A DNA stretch of 63,091 nt, filler included, from Octopus bimaculoides (Eukaryota), in the NCBI RefSeq assembly GCF_001194135.2. It is 5 parts of 5 records of this genome, joined end to end, with 100 filler letters (N's around TTAATTAATTAA, not from the genome) between each part and the next. Parts side by side here need not be neighbours in the genome. Positions count along the whole stretch, not along the records: positions 1 to 24,505 come from NC_069010.1; 4 more parts are not named here. One strand, 5' to 3'. Every line of letters starts with the position of its first letter. Position 1 is the stretch's first letter. Made by a program: the position numbers and the translations under genes. Under the pieces are notes generated by a model. That model had not been told where the DNA came from. It ran no database searches and saw only the letters and a program-made list of their open reading frames with translations. Below are positions 1 to 12,005 of this stretch, one piece after another.

Positions 1-514
1 ACGAAACCGGCTAACATTCATGAAAATGATAAATATATTAAAGAGGGAGAAAGAGTCAATAGTAAAGAAAGATCTACCTGTACGCTGCAGTACTTGCATT
101 ATTAATATTATTTTACGTGGCGAGCTAACATTTCTTCCGACGCTTTACTTTCAAATTCCGCCGAAGTCGACTTCGCCTTTCATTCTACGGGGGTTGATAA
201 AATATATCTCCTCCAGTACTAATCTGGGTTTTGGTTAACTTGAAAGTGTCCTAATATATATCACATTTCCAATGATTTCAGAAATTTTGCCCACTTGCAA
301 TGATCATTATAAATTTTCTAATAAACATTAAAAAGTGTACACAGTCAACTCGAACCAGTATTTTGGTGTTTCAAGCAAATTATTTTATTGTCATTCAATA
401 GATATTATCTAAATACTGTAAATTTAAAACAAATTAATTTCAATTTACCGTCATAAAAAATATAACCACTACAATCATTATCAACAATATATTAGAATAT
501 GAAATGTTTCTCAC

Positions 515-664
515 CAGTATAATGACTGTAAATTTCTACAGTATTAAATCTGTATGTGTTTCTAAGATGTATTTTAATCGGAGGTTTCACTTCCTTTTTG
601 TTATCAGAGGAAAATAAATACGAATACTTATTCCCCTCGTTCTTTATGAATTCATGATATTTCC
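515..664 (-). CDS. Internal exon (phase 1-1, 150 nt) of a putative EGF-module extracellular or receptor protein
   Basis: Acceptor ttttgtctttatattcag, donor ACTG|gtgaga. Open frame GKYHEFIKNEGNKYSYLFSSDNKKEVKPPIKIHLRNTYRFNTVEIYSHYTG. Phase matches the upstream EGF-like exon. Product family is inferred. Confidence 0.5.
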
Positions 665-2056
665 CTGAATATAAAGACAAAATAGTTTTAGATTATTAAA
701 CTACAAAATTGGAGAATGAGAGCAAATATCATAGAACTTAAACAAGTATTCAGATAGGTAGTGGTATATTACGGCTAACAAAAGTGATATTTGCATTTGT
801 ATTACAACAAATATTAAGGTTAAGTAGACATTTTCTTCTTGTTATAGAAACAGTTTGAAATTTTTATTTTTATTTTGTAAAGTTGCAGTTGAATTAGTTC
901 TGGACTGTATACCAAGGAAACCAAGGGCAGGGTATCAGTTCAAAAGTAGTCAGGGAAAAATTAACCATTTGAATAAAAAAGAGATAGATTCCTTAATACA
1001 AACTCGTCAGCGAAGTTATAAGCATATAGTAATAAGTTTCCCTGAGAGGACCCCTCTATTGATTGGGAGCACAGTATTGAGGGAGGTGGCTTTTTGCCAG
1101 GGCTTCAGAAGTTAAGGTATGGTAGAAGGCCAGTAACGTGTTGCTGTATAGGAGATATATGGCTACCTCTGCTGGAAATAAATATTAAAAAAAAAAATTA
1201 TGGTGATGAAGTATGACGGGGAACCCTCAAGGAACAAGATAAATATAAGTGAGAATAGGGACAGAAGATGAAAATGTGTAGGCATGTAGTTGATAAGTTC
1301 GCAAGTGTGTGAAAGGAGAATGATAGCTGGCTAGAGACGGTGGGAGAGATAAATCTATGCAATGATGGACATAGGAAGGCATCGTCAATGATGGATATCA
1401 ACTTACGAGTGGACTGACGGGAGTAGAAGAGAATCGGAGAAGAGAAGGATGGGGAGGAGATAGTAAGTGATAGTACAAAAGGCTGTGGAGAGCAACAATA
1501 TAATGAAACCGTAGACTGATGAGAGAAATGGGGAGATTTTATGAAGTGACACACTTCAACTGGTTGTAGATATGAAAATTGCGTATGTGTGTTTGTGTGT
1601 GTGTTATGTATATATGCGTGTATGAGTTTTTACTTTGTGCGCGCGCGCACGCGCGAGTGTGCCCGAACGGTGTTTTAAGAATGTCATAAATGTTGTTTGT
1701 ATGCAATAATAATGTAACTTCTTTTTTCTTTTTCTTTATACGATTTAGTTAAACCGTTATTTTATGGAAACCGTTTTATTAATGCAACACGGTCCTGCAT
1801 ATCTGCAAACTTTTCTATTAATGAAGTATTTAGGGGGCTCCATTTTTTCTATATACAGAAGGCCTTAATATTTTTCCATGTCGTACTTAAAATTTCGATT
1901 TAGTCACCAGAATAAAAATGTTTGGAATAAAAGTCAAGCGTTAAACAATTGTATTTATTATCAGAAATACGTACCTTTCGGTCAGACCAGTTTTCTGGAA
2001 ATTGTAATTTAAATAGAATATATAATCTTCAGCAACCCTGCTAATATTTTACTTAC

Positions 2057-2209
2057 GTGTTTGGCAATATGGCTCTTTATATCCAAGTAAGCATCCATTT
2101 TTACATTTACTAAGGATCCGGAAGCGACAGTCTCTAAGGTGGTTACAGTGACATTGGTATTTTTGGTCTTTTCCAAACAAGTCAACTCCTTTATGGTTTT
2201 CACAATTCT
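2057..2209 (-). CDS. EGF-like (MEGF/laminin-type) Cys-rich exon, phase 1-1, 153 nt
   Basis: Acceptor ttttatctttctaaag, donor C|gtaagt. Peptide ENCENHKGVDLFGKDQKYQCHCNHLRDCRFRILSKCKNGCLLGYKEPYCQT fits the G.FG..C...CHC....C......C..GC..G....CQ pattern of molluscan MEGF-like proteins, with one Cys replaced by Q. Confidence 0.65.
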
Positions 2210-2453
2210 CTTTAGAAAGATAAAACACCAACAATATCACAAGATTTCTTTCAACAATTCATAAAATTTATTTCGTTAATATTAATGAATATGCAAACGT
2301 CTTTAGATTAACATAGGGTGAAGATTCATACCATATAAAGAGCAATCTCAATGATGAGAAATAAATCAATCTGCGTATTACTATTAGATTCAATTTGCAA
2401 ACAGTTTACTTGTACAACGCTCTTCTGCCTACTTTTAACATTAACTTATTATA

Positions 2454-2624
2454 CAGGGTGTCCACAAAGNNNNNNNNNNTTAATTATAATGTTAATAAAT
2501 AAATTTGTAATCTTTATTGAGTAAACTTTCTCTTTCAACATACCCCAGAAAAAGAAGTCTTATATTTAATTGTTTATGTTATGATCTTATTTACTCCATG
2601 TACCCAGACTTTGTGGACACCCTG
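2454..2624. mobile_element. Tc1/mariner-type MITE
   Basis: Perfect 16-bp terminal inverted repeats CAGGGTGTCCACAAAG ... CTTTGTGGACACCCTG, with TA on both flanks (2452-2453, 2625-2626). A 10-N gap lies inside. Confidence 0.8.
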
Positions 2625-3578
2625 TATATCGCACAATTTTGGTCTCAGACAGGATATGACAACTAGGGATTAAGAACTACAGATTCTGAGGTTTTAAGGT
2701 GATTTACGTATTTTCCTAACATCTAATGACTCATTTTTAATGCTATTGTTGTCATTTAGCTATCATTCAGCATTGATTGAACTGATCAATAATTAAAGGC
2801 TTTACACCCATGTCTATCCCGTTTCTACATTATCCAGTGCGTCCATTTCTTTCTTAGAACATTAGGGTATGATTTCAGCTGGTCAAGCAACGACGGAAAA
2901 GTACCATTCACCAGTGCAGACTTCTAGGTTTTTCATAATTTTTTTGTAAATTCTTGAAATATGGAAGTTCTAAAATATATTTAAGAGGTTCCTTTCATTC
3001 AATTTTTTTTTCTCATAGGAAAGGCAGTAAGAGGTGACTCGTAGTTTTTGGGATAATTTGAAGATTGAATAGTCGAAGGGAACATACACACATATATTAT
3101 GTCTTCAAGCCTTGTTGAGAACTGAATATCCCAGATATAACAACTTTGCCAACATTTATGGAGTTAGGGTTTAAATCTTTCACAATCTTGAAAAATGAGG
3201 TCTACTGTAAACTTTAATAAACTCGAAAATTCATACTTATATTAATAACCAGAACTAAATCAGAGAAAAGATAAAATTTAGCATTGGTATTTATCATGTG
3301 AATGTTATAAACAAAGACATACTATGTCAACACTTCTACATTTAGATTTCTTTATAAAAAACAGTAACCATTTTGAAATATATCGTAATTCCTTCTTTCC
3401 AATTTTTAAAATTAATTGTGTTAGTTACATATCTTTAAAAATGTGTAGCCAGTGAAACAACTTTCCTAATATTTTCTACCTAACAATAGACAACAGCTAC
3501 CCATTAATATGTATTTTTTTTTTCTTATGAGATACTCGAATCCCCTCCGTGGATTCTTATAAAATTGACAAATCTTGG

Positions 3579-3679
<101 letters not shown>

Positions 3680-3935
3680 ACTCTTGTTTTTACAGTGATG
3701 GCAATTTATAAACTGAAACCAGTATTTCACTTATGCGTGTGATATATACATGTACACGTAATTATATATAACAGTACGCCCAGCAAAAACACACAGATTA
3801 CCACAGAATATCACATTCTATCGAAAGATTATAAAATTATTAAAATATGATTGATGATACAAAATATGAGAATAAGTGCTGCATTATGTTATTAAATCAA
3901 GTGATATTAAATACGATTAATACTTCTAAACTTAC

Positions 3936-4022
3936 CAGGAATTCTGAAACAGCTACTTTTACAGAACTGTTCTCTCCTTTTATCATCTGCGACGCAATCT
4001 CCTTTCGTGATATTGCACTGGG
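3936..4022 (-). CDS. Small Cys-rich candidate exon (87 nt, phase 1-1)
   Basis: Strong acceptor cttttttcttttattatattaaag and donor G|gtaagt. The phase-1 frame reads QCNITKGDCVADDKRREQFCKSSCFRIP (4 Cys). The phase-0 frame is also open, so the frame is uncertain. Confidence 0.45.
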
Positions 4023-4767
4023 CTTTAATATAATAAAAAGAAAAAAGAGGTTTGTCTTTAAGAAGACACAGAGTGTGACATTTCAGGAATCAAACAGAAC
4101 AAAAATGAATTATATTTACGTTTTTCTTGGTGATAGAAATGCCTTTTCTTGAAACATTTTAGTGAGAATGAAAACTTGATGTAGACTTTTCAACAAAATC
4201 ACAGAACGAAACCTTACTGTCGTGATCATAATTAATGTTATAATATCATAATCATATAAATTCTACAAAATTTATGCAATAAAATACTGTACATAGTTGT
4301 TTTCTTGAGATTTAGAACCAGAAAAAAGATGAGGACAAGCAAGAAAGGATTTGGTAACGATGAGTTAAATGTTATAAGAGCAGATTTTGTTAGACATCGT
4401 AAAGACATTCACAGACGTACCGGGCTTCATTCATTATCTACTTCATATATGTATGTATATCTTCATATATATATATATATAACTTTTATAAGGAATATTC
4501 TAAAAGAATATGTANNNNNNNNNNNNNNNNNNNNNNNNNNNNNNNNNNNNNNNNNNNNNNNNNNNNNNNNNNNNNNNNNNNNNNNNNNNNNNNNNNNNNN
4601 NNNNNNNNNNNNNNATATCGTGAAGTATAGTTGCCACTTAAATGTGGCTGCCCTATAGGGGATGATACTACTGTTGTTTGTAGCCCCAGGAAGACATCTT
4701 CTCCAGCTGTTAACGTCTCGTTCAGAGATTTATTATTGCTATATTAATATCAATATATATGTATACG

Positions 4768-4803
<36 letters not shown>

Positions 4804-5829
4804 CAGAGGTTGGATAAAATAATGGAAACATTTACTGGACCCTGCTCCGTCTGATTACCATTTATTTCAAAGCTTACATAATCATTTGGGTGGATTAGTA
4901 CTCAAAAACTCAAAAGAAGTCAAAACTGAAATCATTGATAATAATGGGTATTATATACAGGATTAAATTTAAATAAAATGTAAAATTCGAGCACCTTTTT
5001 CCTTAGTCAAAATTCGGACATAACTTACGGAATGACTTGATAGATAAATTATTATAAATCTTATCTAAATATTTACATCGTTTAGGTTTTCAAAAATTTT
5101 GTGTAATGTTTAACATAAGTAACGCAATCACTGTCTCTTAAGGCGGTATTTGAAATTAAACTGCAGTATTACAGTATTTCATTTCAAAAAGCAAAAGGCC
5201 AGATTTAAGCCTTTATTGAGAAAATTTAGAGATTACAGTGGCAAAAAAAAAAGAAAATTTTCAGTTTTGCTGTGTTTCAAGAAATAGTCAGGCACATTAC
5301 ATTATTGTGGATTATGGTCTCTTGGTTGCATAATGTTGTATTAAAAGGTATAAATAAAGGCTCTTTACAAGAAATGTATTTAATGTTTTATATATTCAAA
5401 ATATATTATGACGAAAAATATGATCAAAGACGATTTTTGGAGGCATTCTTTATTTTCAATTTTCGTTTAGAACTTTGTTTCTGCTGATTTATCTTCTGTC
5501 TCATTACCAGACGTTTTATCTGCAAACATAAATGAGAAAACGATATAAAATATAGATATCAATATATACATACACCTATAGATATACACATATATACATA
5601 TACCATTCCAATATTACATCTTATAATCGAAGGATGAAGTATCCAATACTTAATATATTGTTTATATTTAACTGCTTTTGCCCCGACTAAAGTTCCAGAA
5701 AACTATAATCTTTAGATGATTTTAGCTCTTTGGCTTCAGGCTCTTGCTTGATGGGGCTAGAATTATTGCAAGGTAGTCGTCCCAATGGCGTAAAGCCGAC
5801 CAGGTCCACCACTGCTCTCCATCGCTAGC

Positions 5830-6335
5830 GGTCCCATGATATCCTCTCTCATCCTGGTCCCGAGCCAGCCTCTTTGCATCCTGGTCCATTTTCAACATCA
5901 CTGCAACCTGGTCCCATGACAGCCTCTCTGCATCCTAGCCCTGTTCCAGCCTCTCTGCATCCTGGCCCCATGCCAGCCTCTCTGCATCCTGGTCCTATAT
6001 CAAGCTCTCTGCATCCTGATCCCATGTCAGCCTCTCTGCGTCTTGATCCCGTGCTAGCCTCTCTGCATCCTGGTCCCGTGATAGCCTCTCTGCGTTTTGG
6101 TCCCATAGCAACCTCCCTGCATCCTGGTCCCATGCCTGCCTCTCTGCATCCTGACCCCATGCCAACTTCTCTGCATCTTGCTCTCATTTTAGCCTCTCTG
6201 CATCCTGGTTCCGTGCCAGCTTCTCTGCATCTTTCTCCCATGCCAGCTTCCCTGCATCCTGGTCGTATCCCAGCCTCTCTGCATCCTGGTCCCATGCCAT
6301 CCTCTCTGCATCCTGATCCTATACCAGCCTCTCCG
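5830..6335. repeat. 27-bp tandem repeat (~18 units), open on both strands
   Basis: Consensus gcctctctgcatcctggtcccatgcca. Minus frame gives (CREAGMGPG)n, plus frame gives (ASLHPGPMP)n. No indels occur within the core units. Confidence 0.95.
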
Positions 6336-6760
6336 TATTTCGATGAGGGGTTCTTGTATTTCATGCTCGCTTTATATACTTCGTATCCCTTAATTCTTAT
6401 GTTAATGGCTATTCTTTCCGTTCAACATAATTTAGACTGGGACTTTCTATTGTCACATTTTTGTCGCTATTTCTTTTGCAAATCGTTGAGTTCTTTCTTT
6501 TCTTTATATATGTATTTCTTTATTATACACATTTTTATTTCACACAGCCACTCATGCTACCGCAGCAGTTGACGACGATGATGATGACGATGGAGACGAC
6601 AACGGTTTTGATATTTTTGATGACGTCTATCGGTAAAAAGTGACAGGGTTGTTGGAAATGATGTTTGTGATGATCCCCCACCCCACGTGACAATATTGTG
6701 GCAAATTTTGATGGCGGAATGAAAAAAAAAAAAAGAATAGCAAAAACAAATCCCACTTAC

Positions 6761-7140
6761 TTCTACCGGTGGGAAGTGGCGCTCTCTTTCGTATAGTTAC
6801 ATACTTTATGATGATATCTCTGGTATCTTTCTTGCATATACAATAGAATATGAAGATAAACATTCCTTGAAGGGTGTTGACGATAGCAAAAAGGTATTTA
6901 AACACTTCTGCTGCTTTGTCAACAGCGAAGAATGCTAAGAACCAGGTGAGTCCCAGGAAGAAAAAGAGACCAACAATGCCAAAAACACGTACTTTTCTTC
7001 TTTTGTGTCCAAATTTTTTACTATTTTGTATTAAGATCAGGCGCCAGATAATGAGAATGAATATCGTAAGGTTGAAGATGAGAATGATCCCCACAGGAGC
7101 CAAGAGAGTAGCATAGAAATATGTCTGGGATAACCAACAG
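6761..7140 (-). CDS. Adhesion GPCR exon: ECL2 Cys, TM5-TM7 and start of C-tail
   Basis: Acceptor ttctttgtag (phase 2), donor AGAA|gtaagt (phase 1). Peptide CWLSQTYFYATLLAPVGIILIFNLTIF...FFLGLTWFLAFF...YLFAIVNTLQGMFIFIFYC carries typical ADGRG-like TM5-7 motifs. Confidence 0.92.
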
Positions 7141-7906
7141 CTACAAAGAAATAGAAAGGCAATGAAGAACATACATTTACCAGATGGTCAGACAGTAAAA
7201 TGAAGCATCACAGAAGCATTAAGGTGAAGCGAGTTTGATCTCAAACGAAACGAAAAAACATTTTCATACTTACAATTAATAATGTACATTTATGATTCCA
7301 GACACTCAGAACACACTCATACACACAAACATATGGCGAGAGGAAGATAGATAAATAGGGAGAGAGAAAAAGAGAGGTGTAGAACAGTAATCTTTTTAAA
7401 GCATATAATGTAATTTCTCATACTTTCGTATGAATTCTTTGCACTTTAGAAAATCGTAGTCTCATCTCCACGATGAAGTACTATTGGCGTGTATTGTGAC
7501 TTCTTTGTATATGAGCAAAATAAATTTGAAATTTTGATCCTCAGATTTATGTATCACTGTCCAAATGATCTCGTAAGAAGATATGACAAACTTGATTAAT
7601 AAAACAACATAAAACTACAGCAGAAGGTATATTTTCAACACAACATGCAAATACAAAAATCGAATAATAATAATAATAATAAACCTTTCTACCAAATGTA
7701 TATTAATAATAACTTGTGGAGATACTCGGCGTTGCTCGGGATCACAATAGCATAGTTTGTATATATATATATATATATTAGAAAAAATAATAAGGTACTC
7801 AGATATCTGGATGGTTGTACATTTACAGATTTTTATTAACATATCACATGTTTTATAAATATTAGCGCTTGCCCCTATTCTTGTAGGGTTTTCCACATTT
7901 ATGGTC

Positions 7907-8399
7907 ATGTGGGATCATATCGTACGCCTTACGATAATCGATCCATGACATGGCCAAGTTAGTTTTCCCCTTCTCGCAGTATCTAAGTACAGTTTTGTCT
8001 ACCATCAATTGATCCTTGGTCCCTCTGCACTTACGCTTGCAACCCTTCTTCTCATGTGGCAGGGCTCCATTTTTTTTCCAGATGTCCGTACATTGACTCT
8101 GCGACAATTCCAGTCAATAATTTCCACATAAGTGGCAAGCAGGATATCTGCCTGTAATTGTCTACCGTATTGCCTTTTACGATGTTTTTTGAGCACAGCA
8201 CTGTCCTACTTATTGTCAGCCACTCTGGTGTTACTTGGTCGGCATTTAACAAGGTGTTCATCTGTGCAGTCATTTGTGCATGACATTCACCAAATCTTTT
8301 GATCCAGTAGCTTTGAACTCCATCTGGTCCCGGGGCCTTTCAGTTGCCCATTTTTTGGTTGATTTCTTAACTTCCCTAACTGAAAATACTTCTTCAGTA
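7907..8399 (-). mobile_element. R4/Dong-clade LINE, inverted 5' RT segment (degenerate)
   Basis: Minus frames give KAPGPDG..., [17 protein letters not shown] and [15 protein letters not shown]...[13 protein letters not shown] (N-terminal RT motifs), with frameshifts. Confidence 0.85.
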
Positions 8400-9640
8400 T
8401 TGCATCCAATGTTGAGCAATTGCTTGGAAAAAAGTATGGCGAAGGGAACCTACAGCATATAGAAGAAGCTTAGGGACAATAGAAATCAGGAGAGGCAACT
8501 TCCAAGAGGGCTTCCTGTTCCCACTGATCTTTGTACTGTGCATGATACCACTTACACTGATTATGAGGGAAGCAAAGGCTAGGTATGTATTCAAAAGCCA
8601 CCAATAAAAAGTCAACCACTTGTTATTTATCGATGATCTCAAACTTTATGGTAAAGATGAATCCCAAGTCAGTTGCCTCGTTGATACAGTGTATACTTTC
8701 AATACTGATATCAGAATGGAGTTCGGACTGAGAAAGTGTGGTGTGTTAAACTTGAAGAGAAGCAAAATAAAATGTATGGACTGGCTAGCGATACCGCCAG
8801 GGGGAGGTTATGAAGCAGATAGAAGAGACGAGCTATAAGTACTTGGGTGTATTGGAAATGGATAAATTAATGGAGATAGAAATGACAGAAAAATTTACGG
8901 TGGAGTACTTACGCAGACTGAGACTGATCCTTAAGTCGAAATTAAACGGATGGAAGGAGATTGAAGCTATCAACATCTGGGAAGTTTCACTACTTAAATA
9001 TAGAGCAGGGGTAATCGCGTGGACAGCAGACGAACTAAACAAATTAGACAGAAAGATGAGGGAGTTGCTGACTAGATATGGGATACTCCACCCAAAAAGT
9101 GCCACAGACAGACAGACAGAAAAAGAGGGGGAAGAGGACTTATTGGATGCGAACACAGCATTAGAGCAGAAGAAAACAACATAGCATTGTATGCAAAAAA
9201 TTCCACAGAACCGCTATTATTGGAAGTAAGAAAGTCAGGTTTGTGTAGGATGGAAGATTGCGAAGATAAAGCACTGTACAAGCACTTGAGAATGAATGAA
9301 ACTGAAAATAGGTGGATAAAGAAAAGAATGCATTGATATTTTCAAAGGGATGTTGAAGATAAAAGCAAAAATGAAGGCTATAGATGACTAAAAGTGATTT
9401 AAAATCAGAAACGGAGGCCCTAATTTGTGCTGTCCAAGAGCAAGCATTATGAACCAATTACATCAAATATAGAATAGACAACATATCAGAAAGTGGTAAG
9501 TGCAGGAGTTTTTGGTCAAAATGGTGAAACTGTATGGTGTATTACCATTCAATGTACGTCACTAGCCTAGAAAGGATATACAATACGGCATGGCAGTATA
9601 GCAAGTATTGTCCATTTGACACTTTGCAACATAATTTAGC
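8400..9640 (+). mobile_element. R4/Dong-clade LINE, forward RT/thumb/zinc-knuckle segment (degenerate)
   Basis: NHLLFIDDLKLY, MEFGLRKC, YKYLG, KSETEALICAVQEQAL, then a KCR...ETV...C and RH-like region. Many stops and frameshifts; no endonuclease or 3' end seen. Confidence 0.88.
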
Positions 9641-9739
9641 AGTAGCAAGGGTCAACTATTAGAAAGCCTGCAACAGTGTCTTCCACAGCTGGATATTAAA
9701 GTATCTGAAATTTGTTCAAGCGCCATTCAATGTATATAG

Positions 9740-12005
9740 TTTTAAGGAAAGATTGATGGCCACCAACTAGAAAACAGTTAATATTGTGTGGGAAATAATT
9801 AGGACCTGTCAACATATGAAGTGGTATATTTCAGGGAGACAGTTTGTCGCCGCTTTTATTTGTAATCTGCACTATACTCCTGACCAACTCCTTAGAAAAG
9901 AGAAAACGGAATATGTACTAGATGGCATTAAGATAAGCCATCTGTTATTCATGGATGATTTAAAACTATTTGCGTAAAATGAGTGCGAAACTGACAGCTT
10001 AACATCTGTTATATTCCTGCTTAGTCTGGAGGTTTGGATAAAAAAATTTTGAGATTGTAATATTGAAACATGGAAAACTAATAAAAATGTAAAGGGATTG
10101 CGCTTGCGAATGGCCAGATTACGAAAGAAGTGGGGTTTGATTTGGTGGAGATCAAACAGAAAGAAATGAAGGATTTGTTCAAAAAAGACTATTGCAGGTG
10201 TGTGAGACTNNNNNNNNNNNNNNNNNNNNNNNNNNNNNNNNNNNNNNNNNNNNNNNNNNNNNNNNNNNNNNNNNNNNNNNNNNNNNNNNNNNNNNNNNNN
10301 NNNNNNNNNNNNNNNNNNNNNNNNNNNNNNNNNNNNNNNNNNNNNNNNNNNNNNNNNNNNNNNNNNNNNNNNNNNNNNNNNNNNNNNNNNNNNNNNNNNN
10401 NNNNNNNNNNNNNNNNNNNNNNNNNNNNNNNNNNNNNNNNNNNNNNNNNNNNNNNNNNNNNNNNNNNNNNNNNNNNNNNNNNNNNNNNNNNNNNNNNNNN
10501 NNNNNNNNNNNNNNNNNNNNNNNNNNNNNNNNNNNNNNNNNNNNNNNNNNNNNNNNNNNNNNNNNNNNNNNNNNNNNNNNNNNNNNNNNNNNNNNNNNNN
10601 NNNNNNNNNNNNNNNNNNNNNNNNNNNNNNNNNNNNNNNNNNNNNNNNNNNNNNNNNNNNNNNNNNNNNNNNNNNNNNNNNNNNNNNNNNNNNNNNNNNN
10701 NNNNNNNNNNNNNNNNNNNNNNNNNNNNNNNNNNNNNNNNNNNNNNNNNNNNNNNNNNNNNNNNNNNNNNNNNNNNNNNNNNNNNNNNNNNNNNNNNAGG
10801 GTTAGGGTTAGGGTTAGCCTATAATAGAAAGGTTTATTAGCTACTGCCAATATGCTTCAGCCATTTTTTGACAAGGAAATAATAATTTTATCACCGCCAG
10901 AATCGTTTGTTTATGTAGTCGGCACTTAATGTATATCGGCTGAATGGACGTCAGTGATTGGTTGAAATTACAGAAATACGACAACTTTAACATGGAATAA
11001 CTTAGGGATTTCTTTTTTTTTTTTAAGAAGACTAAGAGAAAAAGATGTTTTATATGAGACATTCTACCAGTGTTCCAAGTTTCAAAGTGTTTCGTTAAGA
11101 AAATACTGTGGCCCCCGTTTTAAAATAGATCCGAAAGGAGTTATTAAATGGAGGAAAGACGAATTAGAAAGTATTGATAGGAAAACTGGGGAAACTAGAA
11201 AACTGATGACAGTGTATAATGAAATCGACCCAAAGACTTTATGTTGCAAGTCTTTATGTTGGAAAAAAGAGAGGATGAGGTAGATGACTAATAAGTTGTG
11301 AAAATTGTGTCAAAAACCAAGAAAACAAGCCAGCTTAGTGCCTAAAAAATGTAAAGGTAACACCATGTCAGAAGTAAGAGAACGCGACACAAAAATCTGC
11401 TGATACAGTAACACCGAATAAATGCAAGAAGAGAGTGAAAAAAGAACTTGACAGGACAAAGTTATGCAAGGCCACGACACTAAGAATAAAGTAAGCATCG
11501 ATTGGGATAGGAGTTGGTCGTAGATTAGAAATGGTGATCTGATAGGAAGCACTGAATCTCTGATATGCAGCAGCCAGGAGCTGGCTCTCCGAATTTAAAC
11601 ATCATAATGACCAAACGAAAGAATCACCATCATGTAGAATGTATTGAACGAAAGGAGAAATGGTTTGCCAATGCCAACTTGTAAGCGAATGTAATAAGTT
11701 GACACAGCGAAAGTCTCAAAGACAACTTGATAATGTTGCTAGATGTTATGAGAGAAATGGATTTGGCAGAGCAGCTAAATGGTATGGGCAGAAACGAGAA
11801 GGGGTGTTAGAGAACGACAAATTCAAGCATCTTGTGGGACTTCACTATTCAATGTGATGGAATGACAGAGACAAAAAGGCCAGGCATGATATTATCAACA
11901 AGATTGCAAAAGATGGTCAAATTATTGATATCTGTTTTACAAAAGATAATAGAGTGAAAGACAAAGAATACGAAAAGATGGAGAAAGTATGAGTTACTAA
12001 TGAAG
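9740..12005 (+). mobile_element. Second, more decayed R4/Dong-clade LINE, interrupted by an N gap and another repeat
   Basis: IFQGDSLSPLLF-like segment, SHLLFMDDLKLF, KWRKDELESIDRK, SECNKLTQ, and an LWDFTIQCD-like endonuclease region. Confidence 0.75.
10798..11135. mobile_element. Non-autonomous interspersed repeat with short (TTAGGG)n, inserted in the R4 copy
   Basis: agggttagggttagggttag directly after the gap, then about 300 bp of non-R4 sequence ending near aaaatagatcc, where R4 homology resumes. Class uncertain. Confidence 0.45.

Noticed and set aside
6541-6633. Plus-strand acidic mini-exon (THATAAVDDDDDDGDDNGFDIFDDVYR*) after a good acceptor
   Set aside because: It is the antisense frame of a low-complexity Ser-rich stretch, with no plus-strand partner exons established.
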